From Octopus vulgaris (Eukaryota), in the NCBI GenBank assembly GCA_951406725.2, contig OX597827.1, positions 49,166,001-49,230,000 on the forward strand: a stretch of 64,000 nucleotides of DNA, written 5' to 3'. The translations under genes were made by a program, and so were the position numbers. How positions within the stretch are numbered: the stretch's first letter is position 1; each line of letters begins with the position of its first letter. Shown here in pieces: positions 39,716-53,448 of this stretch. The notes under the pieces are model-generated. The model was given only the letters and a program-made list of their open reading frames with translations, was not told the origin of the DNA and did no database searches.

Positions 39716-40100
39716 ATTATCATCATTGCCATCCTCTCTTCCTCATCATCATCATCACTATATCATATTAAACTCTAAGCATCAGGGTCACTTGAGTATC
39801 ACAACAAATCCATCATCATTGTCATTGTCGTTGTTGTTATCACTACAAAACAATCTTTTCGACACCATCCTCACCATTTCATCATCTAATTATTGTCATC
39901 ACCACATCATTATCATCATCATCTTTACTGCATTTTCGCCAATACATACCCATAATCTACATCACAAAATTATCATCACTATACTGTCATTTCACCTCTC
40001 GTCACTACATTATTTTAACATCATCACCACCATGTCAGCATCTCAAATTCATCATCATCACAACGTAAACTTTATCATTATCTTTATCAGCTACATCCAT
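39716..40100. repeat. Degenerate (CAT/CAC)n low-complexity tract
   Basis: Dense ATC/CAT/CAC triplets; gives the His/Ile-rich spurious ORF 39726-40133. Confidence 0.8.
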
Positions 40101-40521
40101 GCAATACACGAACGTTATATTAAAATACTATAATTATGAAACAAAAATAAAAACTGGAATTGGGTGAGACTAACAATCAGCTTCAGAAAATCAAATTTAC
40201 AAATTTTAAAGACCAGATCCATTCTATTTTTTCCTGGTCTGTATTGACCAAAAATTTCCATCAACTGTTCTTAATGGAGTTACTTCCCTTGGTAAGTTTA
40301 TGTTTTAAACACTACCATTAGAGGAAATTTTGTCCACTAAATTACTTGGATAATCTCATTTCTTAAATGGAAGCGTGTGATATGAATGCGAAATAGCCAT
40401 ATTTAGCTTAAAGATCCCAGTAACGTAAACTCGTTGTCGCGTAATATTCTGTTTCAGTTTCAATACGATATGTACTCAGTAGTTCTTCTTTATTCGTTTG
40501 TCAAAAAGCAATGTACGTACT

Positions 40522-40565
<44 letters not shown>

Positions 40566-40566
<1 letters not shown>

Positions 40567-41250
40567 CTCTTTTACTCTTTTACTTGTTTCAGTCATTTGA
40601 CTGCGGCCATGCGGGAGCACCGCCTTTTAGTCGAGCAAATCGACCCCGGGACTTATTCTTTGTAAGCCCAGTACTTATTCTATCGGTCTCTTTTGCCGAA
40701 CCGCTAAGTAACGGGGACGTAAACACACCAGCATCAGTTGTCAAGCAATGCTAGGGGGACAAACACAGACACACAAACATATACACACACACTTATATAT
40801 ATCATCATCATTGTTCGACCGTGGTCGAGACTTTCATAGTCTTTTCAAATGGCTAATAATGTGTGCGCATGCCGCTACTACACACATTGGAAAGCATTGT
40901 ACAACCAAGTACTAAAGAAGATCTTTCCTCCTCCATGAAACAAAGCTGTTCCCGCTGGACGTCAACCCAGTATTTCTAAGCTACGGACCGAATGATTTAT
41001 TGTAAGGTTATCTCCCTAGATAGATTGCCTTCACTACGGCTAAGGAGCCCTTTCTACCCCATATATATATATACACATATATACGACAGGCTTCTTTCAG
41101 TTTCCGTCTACCAAATCCACTCACAAGGCATTGGTCGGCCCAGGGCTATAGCAGAAGACACTTGCCCAAGATGCCACGCAGTGGGACTGAACCCGGAACC
41201 ATGTGGCTGGTTAACAAGCTACTTACCACACAGCCACTCCTGCGCCTATA
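40566..41250 (-). mobile_element. SINE family C split by an insertion in its internal (TA)n
   Basis: 3' half 40566-40795 and 5' half 41080-41250 match 8951-9363. Confidence 0.9.
40801..41060 (-). mobile_element. Short non-autonomous retroelement with (ATG)n tail, RTE-related
   Basis: Minus strand starts GGGGTAGAAAGGGCTCCTTAGCC..AAGGCAATCTATCTAGGGAGA and ends with hairpin TCGACCACGGTCGA + AATGATGATGAT; flanked by TATATATAT. Confidence 0.6.
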
Positions 41251-41261
41251 TATATATACAC

Positions 41262-41340
<79 letters not shown>

Positions 41341-41868
41341 TGAGTGAGTAAGTCTGTCTATGTAAATCGGTGTGTTGATTCACTTCCCTTTTTGTCCAAC
41401 AGTTAAGTTGTCTATATAATAATATCCATAGACATGACTAAAGTAAGTACTGGCTGTAAATATCAACGACTAAACCTTTGAAAACAGCGCTCCAGCTTGG
41501 CCAAAGTCTGGTGACTGAAATCAGTAAACTAACAAAAGATTGAATTATCGGTGTCTGCTTTAGAAGTGTCCTCAGCGTAAGTTTTCATTGTACCTGAAAT
41601 TAATCTTAAGTCTCACGATGGGAGGTCGTTTGACGAAGTCTCTCCTAATTACCAACTAGTTATTGAGTAAAACATTTACCACGAAGATGGATCGATTTTG
41701 CCTGGTTGAACATCCGCTCGGCATCATTTATTAATGGACTGGTGTATCAGACAATTGCCACATTACATAGATAAATTATTCTTGTTAAAATAAAGCATTA
41801 ACCTATTGTACACGACTTAAACACAGACAGACCAGATGATTACGTATACACACACTCAGAAACACAAA

Positions 41869-41903
<35 letters not shown>

Positions 41904-42295
41904 AGGCGTGTATATTTGTTTATTATGTGTCTTGTCTTAAAGGTTTATAGCTTAGACTCGATGGTTTTCACTAAAACCGGTGAAGGCATTAACACAGCAT
42001 AGGCGCGTTTCATTAACTTTCTCTCAAAGAAGAAAAAAGAATACCTGTATTTTTATTTTTTAATTTTTTAATTAGTCCTCAGAATTACTGGAGACTACGG
42101 CCAGGCTTGAGCAATGCCTTCGAGAGTTTACTCTCTCCGATTGACTCGAGTAATTTTTGTCTTTCAGTTAGATATTTAATCTTTTGATCTGAGCTCGGAG
42201 ATGGGATATGACTGGGGCACAACACAAAATGGTGTTGAGATCAATATGAACGCGCGTGCACACACACACATATATGTTGTAATAATTTATTATTA

Positions 42296-42325
<30 letters not shown>

Positions 42326-42328
<3 letters not shown>

Positions 42329-42785
42329 TATGTTTGACTTTTGTTTTACATTTGTACAAGTTGGCTACAAGTCTCACCCAGAGACCTCAAGAGACAACAA
42401 GTTGGAAGTTCGTGTTGGTGTTATGCCTAGGGTGCCATATATTTGGTTTTGTACTTAGTGTTGTACTAGTGGATGTCTAAAAAAACATACGAAAATTATG
42501 TTTGTTTTAAATCTTAAGATTACATAGAAAGTATTTTGCGTAGGATATGAGCAGTTCCCATGAACACTATCTTTTGAATTTCTGCTATGTTGTGGTTTCC
42601 TGGTATCTGAGTTAAGTAGCAATCAGCCCCTTTTGCTATCATTCCCAGGGCACCTATGACAACAGGTATTGTTTTAGTTTTCAGGTTCCACATTTTGCTA
42701 ATTTCTATTTCAAGATCTTTATATTTGCTCAGTTTTTGGTAGGTCTTGACAGATACGTTTATATCGATTGGGACAGTCATATCTG
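42326..42785 (-). mobile_element. 5'-truncated R4/Dong retrotransposon 3' end (restriction-like endonuclease C-terminus + 3' UTR) in (TAA)n
   Basis: DMTVPIDINVSVKTYQKLSKYKDLEIEISKMWNLKTKTIPVVIGALG...GTAHILRKILSM* (stop at 42520); (TAA)n on both sides. Confidence 0.9.
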
Positions 42786-42803
42786 TTATTATTATCATTA
42801 TTA

Positions 42804-42851
<48 letters not shown>

Positions 42852-42852
42852 G

Positions 42853-43050
42853 TGAGGCAGCGTGTTGACAGAAACGTTAGCAAGCCCGGCAAAATCCTTA
42901 ACCGAATTACGTGCATCTTTGCGTTCTGAGTTCTAATTTCGCCGAGGTCGACTTTGGCTTTCATCATTTCGGGATCGATAAATTAAGTACCAGTGAAACA
43001 CTGGTGTCAATGTAATTAACTACTTCCCCCTCTCCCCAAATTTCAGGCAT
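42853..43050 (+). mobile_element. SINE family B
   Basis: CAGAAACGTTAGCAAGCC...CGCCGAGGTCGACTTTGGCTTTCATCATTTCGGGATCGATAAATTAAGTACCAG. Confidence 0.8.
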
Positions 43051-43236
43051 TCCAACACTTTTTTCTGCAAAATAGGGGTAGCTTATCCTGTTCAGGCTAT
43101 ATTATTAGCATTATCCTGCATTTGAGAATTTAAAATCACTTCTTTAACTTTCTAAGACATCACGAGATGTAAAGACATTTATACACATGCATGTCTTCGC
43201 AGAGATAAGTACGCACACATGCATACATACACACAC

Positions 43237-43304
<68 letters not shown>

Positions 43305-43307
<3 letters not shown>

Positions 43308-43586
43308 AGATGTACTCGCATAGCAAGTGATTTGATCTGAGATCGTGTGCTGAAACGAAAACAATTGCAGCGTGGAAGGTGTTTGTAAGCCATTTAAGAA
43401 ACACACAAAAACCGTTCGATTCACTTCAACATTTAAGTTTAATTTGTCAAAATATTTTCGTCGCTAAAATCCGCGACCTGTTCACGAAAATATTTTGACA
43501 AATCAAACTTAAATGTTGAAGCAAATCGAACGGCTTTTGTGTGTTTCTTAAATGGCTTACAAACACCTTCCACGCTGCAATTGTTT
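43305..43586. mobile_element. Fold-back element family F1 copy 2
   Basis: Homologous to 10632-10969 with a different turn point; arms ~43358-43459 / 43485-43586; (TA)n both sides. Confidence 0.85.
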
Positions 43587-43924
43587 ATATATATATATAT
43601 GCATACTCACGTACACCATACATTTACACGCACACACACCCACACACATGTGCGCGCGCACACACACATACGCAACTGATACACACAGCTGATGTACATA
43701 ATTTACATACTCACATATAGATGCACACAAGCACACACAAATTTAACACGCACTTGCACCCGCAAGTACACACACCCTAGGAAACACATACATACACACC
43801 GTCGTGGTGATACCACCAGCCCTCACCCATACGCCACCTTACACGTACACCCACATACACAATATCACACACATAGGAGATGCATGCGCATCAGCATGCA
43901 CAATCACGCATTCATACAGCAGGC

Positions 43925-43959
<35 letters not shown>

Positions 43960-44405
43960 CACACAGCCTCGCCGACTATCGACGATGCTTCAGTTCCTTC
44001 TAAAACTATTTAGACTGGAAAGCGCAACTCGCTTCCTGTCCAGTCCTGCTGTCCAAGAAATTCAGATGGGATCGAGCTCTATTTTGATCAATTCGATATT
44101 TAATACTATTTTCAGTAACACCATGTGATCCGTCCCAACAGACAGCAGCCCAGTCTGCAGCATCCGACTTGGACTTCCTGCAATCCCCAACCACACTGTA
44201 AACGGGCATTCAAATATCTTATCTGCATGATCAGTTGATCAAACTTACCTGTGGACTGTATCTTGTTGACACAATCCATCACTATTTCTCTTGAATTCCA
44301 AATTTAACACGGCCTTCGTTTCTCAGCTGTGCCAGTACTAAGAGCTGTATAACCAGTTTCAGTCATCTTTATCCCTTTAGCATTCAGATTACTCTGTCAA
44401 ATGTA

Positions 44406-44666
44406 GAGCAAGGCACTTTATTTCACCCTTCTCCAATTCACTCGGCTTGAAAAAAATGAGTTGTACTTCTAATTCAAAGGCCTAGCCTTGCCACATTCCG
44501 TAGATGTCTGTATAAATAACGATATCTGTCTGTCTCTCGAGCTGAGAACTACGTTAAGGGTACACGTATCTGTGGAGTGCTCAGCCACATGCACGTTAAT
44601 TCTACGAGCCATGAGTTCCATTGATCGGATCAACTGGAACCCCCATCGTCGTAACCGACGGAGTTG
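44406..44666 (+). mobile_element. SINE with body N, 5'-truncated
   Basis: GAGCAAGGCACTTTATTTCAC (head-2 end) then GAGAACTACGTTAAGGGTACACGT...CGTCGTAACCGACGGAGT. Confidence 0.75.
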
Positions 44667-45182
44667 CCTGTTTATACTATTGTCCTTGATCTCAGAGAGA
44701 TTGGAACTGAGAACAAGCAGATACTAACCAATTATCTCAAGACATTTAATTCCACGATCTGTTTTCTATTTTCTACCGTCTACCTATTCTTAACATTCTG
44801 ACAATAATCGACAGAATAAGCGTGTTCGATTTAGGAACACTAACACGTATTGTTCGTCTATTATTTTTCACTCGTGGTTATATCAATTATTAATGCGTTC
44901 GCGCATGCGTGGCCCTTAGAATTATTTATTTGTGTGTGTGTCTGTGTGTGCGTGAATTTGCGCATGCATGAATGCATATTATTCTTACCGTGTTTACGTA
45001 GTATTATGTGGATGTAATGTAATTTCCACAGAATATAATCAGTTTTACGTAAACTGCAGCGAACTTAACATCAGCTAACATTAGTCTTGTCATATCTCAC
45101 GAGAAACTCATCGCGTTACATTCGCACCTCTTTTGTCATCTTATCCATCCATCTGTCTTTCTCTTTTGGATTCGATCTCCCT

Positions 45183-45217
<35 letters not shown>

Positions 45218-46450
45218 CTCTGTCTATCTATCTATCTCTCGAGCTATCTCTCTACATATCTCTCTAATTATTTATTTCTTCATTTACCTATAAAGCTATG
45301 AGTCTCGGTATATATGTGTCTTTGAAGAAAGATAGCAATGATTCTGTCTCTCTATATATCTTGTAATTTAGGTGCCGATTGCTAATACTATCTCTCTCAT
45401 GCTCTTTCTCACACTCTCACATTCCTCTACCTGGCCTCAGTGTGTCATTAGGCACCAAATTTATACATTCCTACATCTCCTATATTTCTTACATATGTCC
45501 ACAGCCTGTCAGTATTACCATTCACAAGTCTCTCCTTGAGCTGGTCGTTCTCCTTTTGGCCTTGTCACAGGTGTGATATAGACGTTAGGCCGCTCGATCG
45601 AGGCGAAGCAATAGTGGTTTAGCCAGCTGATTTCTACACACGAAGACCAAATTCTACTTGAACGAATCTAAGTTCCTGAATTTGCTTATCACTCGTTGCT
45701 TTGACTTTTCTGTTGTGTAATGGTAGTATAACAAACTCGATAAATAACTTGCTAGTATTCGTAGTATATGAGGGGGCGGATGATGCAATCTTATCTAAAA
45801 CAATTTATTTAAACAAATCTTAGATTAGAATAGCTATAATTCAAATATTTATGAATTAATTTCTGTCCGTGCTTTTAATCTCCTAGTGATTGCGAATGCG
45901 GTGATAATGTTTGATCGTATAATCGTCTGACACACATACAGACGTATAGCGTGTGTGTGAAATACATATGATATATATCTCATATAAATATATAAAAGCA
46001 TGTATGTGATAATGTATATATATATATATTCTTTTTATTCTTTTATTGTACTTGTTTCAGTCATTTTATTGCGTCCATGCTGAAGCACCACCTACATAAA
46101 TATCGGGCTTCCACACAGATTCTACCAACCAAATAAACTCACAAGGCTGTAGTAGAGGAGAGTTGCCTACAGTTCTACGCAGGGAATCTGAAACAATGAA
46201 TTTATGGCAAAACGTGAATCTTGATCCCACAGGCATGCCTGCGCCCGTACATAAATATATATATATATATATATATATAAGAGAGAGAGAGAAACAGAGA
46301 GATAATATATTTACATATATGCATTTATATAGTGTATTTATAAATACATTGTGTGTGTTTGTGTATGTCCGATGCCTATATATATATGTATGTATATATG
46401 TATATATATGTATGTATATATGTATGTATATATGTATATATATATATGCA

Positions 46451-46494
<44 letters not shown>

Positions 46495-48636
46495 TGCATA
46501 CACTCGTATATATACACGAGTGAAAGAGCGTGTGTAAGAGAGAAAGAAAGATCTTATGCGGTACATGCAAGAGAAAACGAACTCGTTTTTTAGTATGTGC
46601 ATAAATCAACTTCTTCGGCATCCGAACTTTAAAACCTAACAAACCATAAATCCTGAAACATTTAATTAACTGCAATATTTATGGAATCTATCTGAGTTGT
46701 CAACAATCAAAATTAACAATAAAGCAATAATTTTGAAGCTGCCTCATTAAAATTTCACCTTAAACTCTGATTAATGAAGTTCCAATAAACAGCAACTACA
46801 GGTGATGTTTAAAAATCTTTTCAACTCCTGCATAAAGGGCAGACAAGTGGTGGGAGTGCATACCTGTTCGATTTGAAGAACAACAGAAGAAAGTGGGAGA
46901 CAGGCATGCACGCTGGTTGGTTGGTTTGTTGGTTTGCTGGCTGACTGGTTGGCTGGTTGGTTGGTTGTGATAAACTACTTTCTGTAAAACGTTGTGTCAT
47001 TTGAGAAACAGGAGAGAGTATTTACTGGGCCAAAGCCAATAGGTGGGATTTGAAGTCAGTTCTGTAATACGAGAATCCACGACCTATTTACTCTGATTAG
47101 GTATAGTCATAACTAGTCGATCGATGGGACAGGGTGTCATGTATCTGTAAGAAGACCCTCAGCAATGGAACCTCTTTAGAGCCAAGCAAACTAGGTCACT
47201 GAGAATTAAGCTACTTTCACCACTATACAGCGCAGTTCTTTAGCTCAACCCGAAACACCAACCTTTCAAAACTTCGATCGATAGCTTTATTGATTAAATT
47301 GTATTGCTTCAGCAGATTAACGAAATTCATTTTCCATTTGACTTTCTTTTGTTTCTTTTTTTTAAATAAAAAAATAAAACAAGAAAGTTGGCAGTGTCTA
47401 TGACTATTTGGATATTCTTCGATAGTAACAGAAAGGGAAATAACACGAAGTTCTAGATGCATGTAATAAGTGGGTGTGTTAAAGACACCCAACGGATACA
47501 TTGTAGTGTTTATTCAGTCCAGTCAATTATAGCTACCACCTAAGATCTGTGATAATGCTGTTAGGTTTCTGGAGTGTTTCGTTCATGCACAAGCCTTGGA
47601 TCGGCGGGAGAAGCCACATTTCCTATGTGCCATATAGTGGTTCCAAACTTGAAACTTCTTAATCATGTCGTTATGTATGTGCCTGTTATCCGTATGTGTT
47701 TTTAGATCTCATCATCTTGTTAAAGCCAACAATTGTAAAAAGGTACTAACAGCTTAGGTGCAAATATGTTATGAAAAGTTTGTGTCTAGTGAGAATCATT
47801 ACGTCAATTTTAGAAACACGCGCACTGGTTCAATTCCACTTCTTTATTATTAGTTCTTTATTATTGTTTAATCACACGAATTCACATAAAGAATCTTGCA
47901 AACAGATTCAAAAACGAAATCATGTGAAAAGTTAATATATACAAGCTAAAGATGCAGCTAGTTTAACTTATATTCATATAATCAAAATATGCCTCCATTA
48001 AAGCATCAGCGATGTAAAGCATTAATTATATGGGTGAGAAACTGAAATCTTCACACACCAAGGTGATATGTACTTTACAAATAAAACAAATAACAATAAA
48101 TACTAACAGATAATATAAATACCAATTTGAGCAAAAATAGCAACAGACTCACTAACACGACCAGATGTCTGTATTTACTACTTACTGGGTGATCACATTG
48201 GAGATTATCAGTTCTACTGCAGAATTCTTGCTAATCCATTTTCTAAATTTAGCTACAATAAATTGTTTCTTCGCTTTTAATTATACAAACTGATATTTTC
48301 ATAATACCATATTTCACTTGACGCTACTCGGATAGGTTATGTTCCTAATACGTAAGGTAATAAGTGTCCCCCAGCATAGTTCAATGTTTACGATGTGATG
48401 TGAGTCATAAATTATGGGCACAAGTTATGGACACAAGCATGGATACATGCATTAAAGAATGTGATGAATATAGGCAATTTAAACAGGTTGCTAAATCGGG
48501 TTATTATCAATAGATGACTGGTGATTTCAAATAAGGCGTGTGACCGTGAGCTACAAGAATTAGCAGCTGAAACTGGATCAAAATTCGGCTTACAACGAGC
48601 GTACGCCTGAAATGTTAAAATATCCAGCATTTAACT

Positions 48637-48703
<67 letters not shown>

Positions 48704-48707
<4 letters not shown>

Positions 48708-48755
48708 TGATTGATTCTAGTTTCAGCTCATGAGCTGTGGCCATGCTGGGGCACC

Positions 48756-48758
<3 letters not shown>
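48704..48758 (-). mobile_element. ~55-bp retroposon 3' tail inserted in (TA)n
   Basis: GGCGGTGCCCCAGCATGGCCACAGCTCATGAGCTGAAACTAG + (AATC)3; related to the family C tail. Confidence 0.7.
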
Positions 48759-48793
<35 letters not shown>

Positions 48794-49215
48794 GAGACAC
48801 ACACATTCGTGTGCACTCAGAGGTGGAAAGACCTTCGCTGCGGAAAACTATCTCGCAAGAGAAATTCTCCTTATAGACTATTTGTGACAACACGCCATTG
48901 TGCTATGATGACGTTATCGGACCGTGGTAGACCCCGTCATTACTCTCCATCAGCTAGGGACACCGAAACTATTTTATACACACACATATAATATAAATTC
49001 ATTTAGAGATTAAAATAACTTCATTAAGGGATATTATCATTCAATGAATTACTGGTTGAATACCAAATATTTGTGGTGAATAATTATATTCAAAAACACT
49101 AAGATTATATATAAATCATGGTTTATAATCATTTCAAAAGAATGCAAGAAAATAGAGAAAAGAAATTTCTTTTGGAATTTTTATTAAATGCTATATCTCC
49201 ATTTTCTTACTTTCT

Positions 49216-49246
<31 letters not shown>

Positions 49247-49799
49247 CCATCGTTTGGATAATTACTACTTCCGAGTTTCTGCTCTCGCTATGAAACATAT
49301 GTAGTTTTATCAACTTCATCTCCAAACTTTGGATTTCTATTCGCATACTCAGCAAGCCCTGCTGCTAATCGTAGGCTATAAAACAACTTTTTTCAGCATG
49401 TCGAACTTCGATACGAGAAAAAAATTACAGCTTTCCACGTCAGTAAACTACAATTGTTCCTGAAACTTGTTTTTCATACCGTCTACGGGCTGCTCGAAGC
49501 TTACTGTCTTCCTACACCTTTATCTTTGGACCTTACCTTTACTTCTATATATATATTTAAGTATCAGCCAATATTTCATGGTCCAACCGCTGCTACTTAG
49601 AGTTTTATAGTTTGCCCGTTTGTCTGTGTTTTGTGCATATATTCTAGTTAGATTAACCGGCCGAGACATTGTAGGACCTATAAATTGTAGGGGCAAAGGA
49701 TTCTCAGAATCAACTCTGCAAGTTATTTAAGAAATTTAAGCGATTCACTTGTATTACTGACAAGCTGTATGTAGCATTTATTGTCTCTGGGAAGTCTTC

Positions 49800-50160
49800 T
49801 CACTGAATATTTGGGTTACGTTTCATTATCTTAGGCTGAAATACTGACAGAATCCATTAATTCTCATCAATATTTTCGTAAATCTGTAATTGGATCTGTT
49901 GCTATTAAATCAGAGGTTTTGTTTCTATTTGCTTTTTAATGTTAGGTGAGCAAGATGACATTTAACCTGAGATGTGTCTGCAGTACCAAGTGTTCTGACT
50001 TTCAGCATGGCTTCCATTTATATTATGATTGCCCATGTAATTGATAGCCGAGCAGATTGTGTTCGATGATTTGGTTATCCGCAAGACACCACAGGACATA
50101 TATGAAGTCATAACAGAATCTTTCAGCTGGAAAAATTCCATCACCAGGAGAAACAATTAG
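49800..50160 (-). pseudogene. Possible highly decayed LINE APE-endonuclease remnant (CR1/L2-like)
   Basis: Weak motifs MGNHN (cf. xGDFN) and NKTSDLIAT (cf. nTLDLILT) in the expected order. Confidence 0.25.
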
Positions 50161-51008
50161 CGACAAGTGGACGCTCGGCTAGCAAGAAATAGCAACTAAA
50201 TAAATCTGAAACTACATAGAACCCTCTTGAAAAGAGATAAATTGAACAATGTAATCTTAGATAGATAACAGACAGAATGATCATATCTGGAATACTTTTT
50301 ATCAAACTTTTGCTGAATCAAAATTAGCTTGGAGTTACAATTCCAAGCTTAATAGATTTAATTTACATTCCAATATAACGGAACATGTCCTTTTCTATTC
50401 CAATTCCAAGCTACATTTAATAGAAAATATTTACATTGATATTTGGTCCTACTTATTAATGGAATTACTTACTGCAGCAGCATGTTGAAGATTTATACAT
50501 CATTTTCAATATCTACGTTCACCTAAGTAAGATAGACCTACGGAGTTAAATGGTAATGCAACATCATTGACAATACAAACCGCTGATTCATTTGCTAGTC
50601 GTTCGGTACTTGAAATAGTTGGTGTTCTAGTGTGCTGCGTTACGAACTATTTATGTAGGGATTTAGACTTCTGAACTGCACAATCCCATAAAACAAATTT
50701 AAGATAGGTAAAATAGTTACTAATTAGACTAAAGTATTCAGATTTAGTACAAAAGAGTTACTGATTAAGCTAAAGGATGAAACAGTTATAAATTGGAATA
50801 CAAAGGGTTTAAGACGACATACTTTAAATAAGTGAGTGTTCACACTAATGGTAAAATCCTGCATAGGTGGAGATGTGTCGCTTAGTGGTGTTGAACTCAT
50901 GATCGTAAAATTATGGTTTCGATGTCTGGACTGGGTGATGAGGACGGGGGGGGGGGGCAAAACACTTCAATTCACGTTTACTCAATCCCACCCAGCTCCG
51001 AAAAATGA

Positions 51009-51395
51009 ATAGGCGCAGGAGCGACTGAGTGGTAAGTAGCTTGCTTACCAACCACATGGTTCTGGGTTCAGTCCCACTGCGAGGCCCCTTGGGCAAGTGT
51101 CTTCTGCTATAGCCTAGGACCATCCAAAGGCTTGTGAGTGGATTTGGTAGACGGAAACTGAAAGAAGCCCATCATATATATATATATGTTTGTGTGTATG
51201 TGTTTGTCCCCTCAACATCGCTTGACAACCGGTGCTGGTATGTTTACGTACCTGTCACTTAGCGGTTCGGCAAAAGAGACCGATAGAATAAGTACTAGGC
51301 TTACAAACAATAAATCCTGGGGTAGATTTGCTCGACTAAAGGTGGTGCTCCAGCATGGCCGCAATCAAATGACTGAAAGAAATAAAAATAGAAGA
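51009..51395 (+). mobile_element. SINE family C, full length, directly after a head-2 SINE fragment (50866-51008)
   Basis: Matches reverse complement of 8951-9363; ACCAGGAAACCG downstream (~51450) resembles the V-body tail, suggesting nesting. Confidence 0.9.
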
Positions 51396-52163
51396 ATAAA
51401 CGAATAAATCCTGTGACCGACCGGCATCCTGTTCAGTTGGGAATATAGAAACCAGGAAACCGATCTTGTGAATCGGTTTGGTTCAGGAAGGAGCTTTATT
51501 GTTTTTAAGTCCTACATAGGTATTATAGCGCATAGGAGACAATCGACCAATTGAGGCTAGTCATTTCAGTAGTAAACAAAAATACTCTCTGGGGTGTTTA
51601 AAATTTAAAATCTCAAATTGGGAAGATGACACTCAGTAATACAAGCAAATGAAAAATTTGAGGGGTGAGGAATGTCTATATTTAAGCGAGTCTTATATTT
51701 AAAAACCAGTGAGAGAAAAAAAACGAGCATGTATTAGGTAAAATGACGTCCCCCACTCCTCTGAGGAAGATGCTGTGACCCAATAAAATCGGCTAAATGA
51801 TTTTAATGTGTCTGATAATTCTATCAAGACTAATGTTGAAGAAAGGAATTGAAAAGATGTTTCCACGTCAGTTAATCACCCTCTGCTCACCCCACCCCAA
51901 CCACCATTTCCCTCCATAGCCACGATAATGAAATTCAGACATAAATAGAATGGGGGGAAAATACAATGAGAATAATTCTCACAAAAATTACACGTAAACA
52001 TCATTTCATGTTCAACTACATAAATAATAATTATCGCCCCCCTCACCCATGCACACATACATGCACGCACGCGCGTGCAAACCACCTACACGAAGATACA
52101 CTTGCACGCAAAAAAAATGCGGGGTGAACATATATGCGTTTATATGTGGAAGTATATATACAG

Positions 52164-52217
<54 letters not shown>

Positions 52218-52463
52218 TGTGTGATATATATATATATATAGTGTGTGTGTGTGTGTGTGTGTGTGAGTTCATGTTTGTACGAGCATATATACACACATAC
52301 ATATATACATATATATGTCAGATAACAAGAAATGCCTAGCAACTGCGGAGTTTTAATATCCGTTTGAAATGGAGCTTGAACACGAATAATTATGCCGAGT
52401 TGGATGATGTTAATGATGATGATGATGATGATGATATAGCGAGAGTGGTTGATGACGGGAAGG

Positions 52464-52499
<36 letters not shown>

Positions 52500-53030
52500 G
52501 TCATCGACATTCGTGCGAAGACAAAAACCAAATAAAAATTAGGCAGACAGCTGAGAGAAAGGTGAAGCGATGGAAGACGTCTTTGAAACACGTAAAGACA
52601 GAAGAAAGAAAAGCGTCATAAAACATGTAGGTGTGAAAACCAGCTATTCATCATTTTAGTGCATGTATATTACACTTATATATGTGAACTAAATACACAC
52701 CTACATGTATACATACACGTGTTTGTGTGTGTGTGTAGGCATCTCCATACAAGCGTAGGCTTAGTTGCATGGTTAAGAAAATATCACTTTCTTAGTAAGT
52801 GACATCTACGAGAAGCTGTACAGAAGCCGTCTAGGTGTGCGTTCGTTTGTGTCTTTGATTTGTCATCGATTAAATACATGTGCGTTTGTGTGTGTGATGT
52901 TCATTACTGCTGTAAAGGGATAGGTAGAATCGCCCCTTTATGATAGCTAGAGATTCAATAAAAAGGACTATTGAAACCGCTAGTAAACTGAAATACATAG
53001 TTTTAGATTCTGGCCAGGTTTGGGGGCTTG

Positions 53031-53448
53031 GGGTCTTTTCGGTTTGAACGGCAGTTTTTAACATAATTTCTAGGTAACTAAAAAAGTTTAAACTTTGTAT
53101 ACTGGTAGAATGTGTTTATAAAACATCTTTTTTGTCTTGGTTTTATTGAGAAAATTCTATAGTTTGTCTGCTATTTGTTGTTCTTTTTTCTTCAATTTCT
53201 GCAATTTCAACCAATCACTGACGTCTATTGAGGTAAAAGACATTCTGTGCCGCATGAATATGTCCCTCGTTTAAGAAACAGATTGGGTTTATTTACATTT
53301 GTGAAGAAAAAAAGAAACCCTTCCCCCATCCCTAACCCTAACCCTAAAACAGATTGAAATGCAATAGATCGATACTAGGGTCATAATTATGGGTGACAAT
53401 TTCATATGACACCGCTAGAAAAAACTGCCGTTCAAACCGAAGAGATCC
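53031..53448 (-). mobile_element. MITE copy 2 (same family as 1461-1902)
   Basis: TIRs GGGTCTTTTCGGTTTGAACGGCAGTTTTT / AAAAACTGCCGTTCAAACCGAAGAGATCC; perfect 8-bp TSD GGGGCTTG at 53023-53030 and 53449-53456. Confidence 0.92.

Noticed and set aside
53328-53346. CCCTAA/TTAGGG runs as an interstitial telomere
   Set aside because: Only two to three units, and internal to the MITE in both copies
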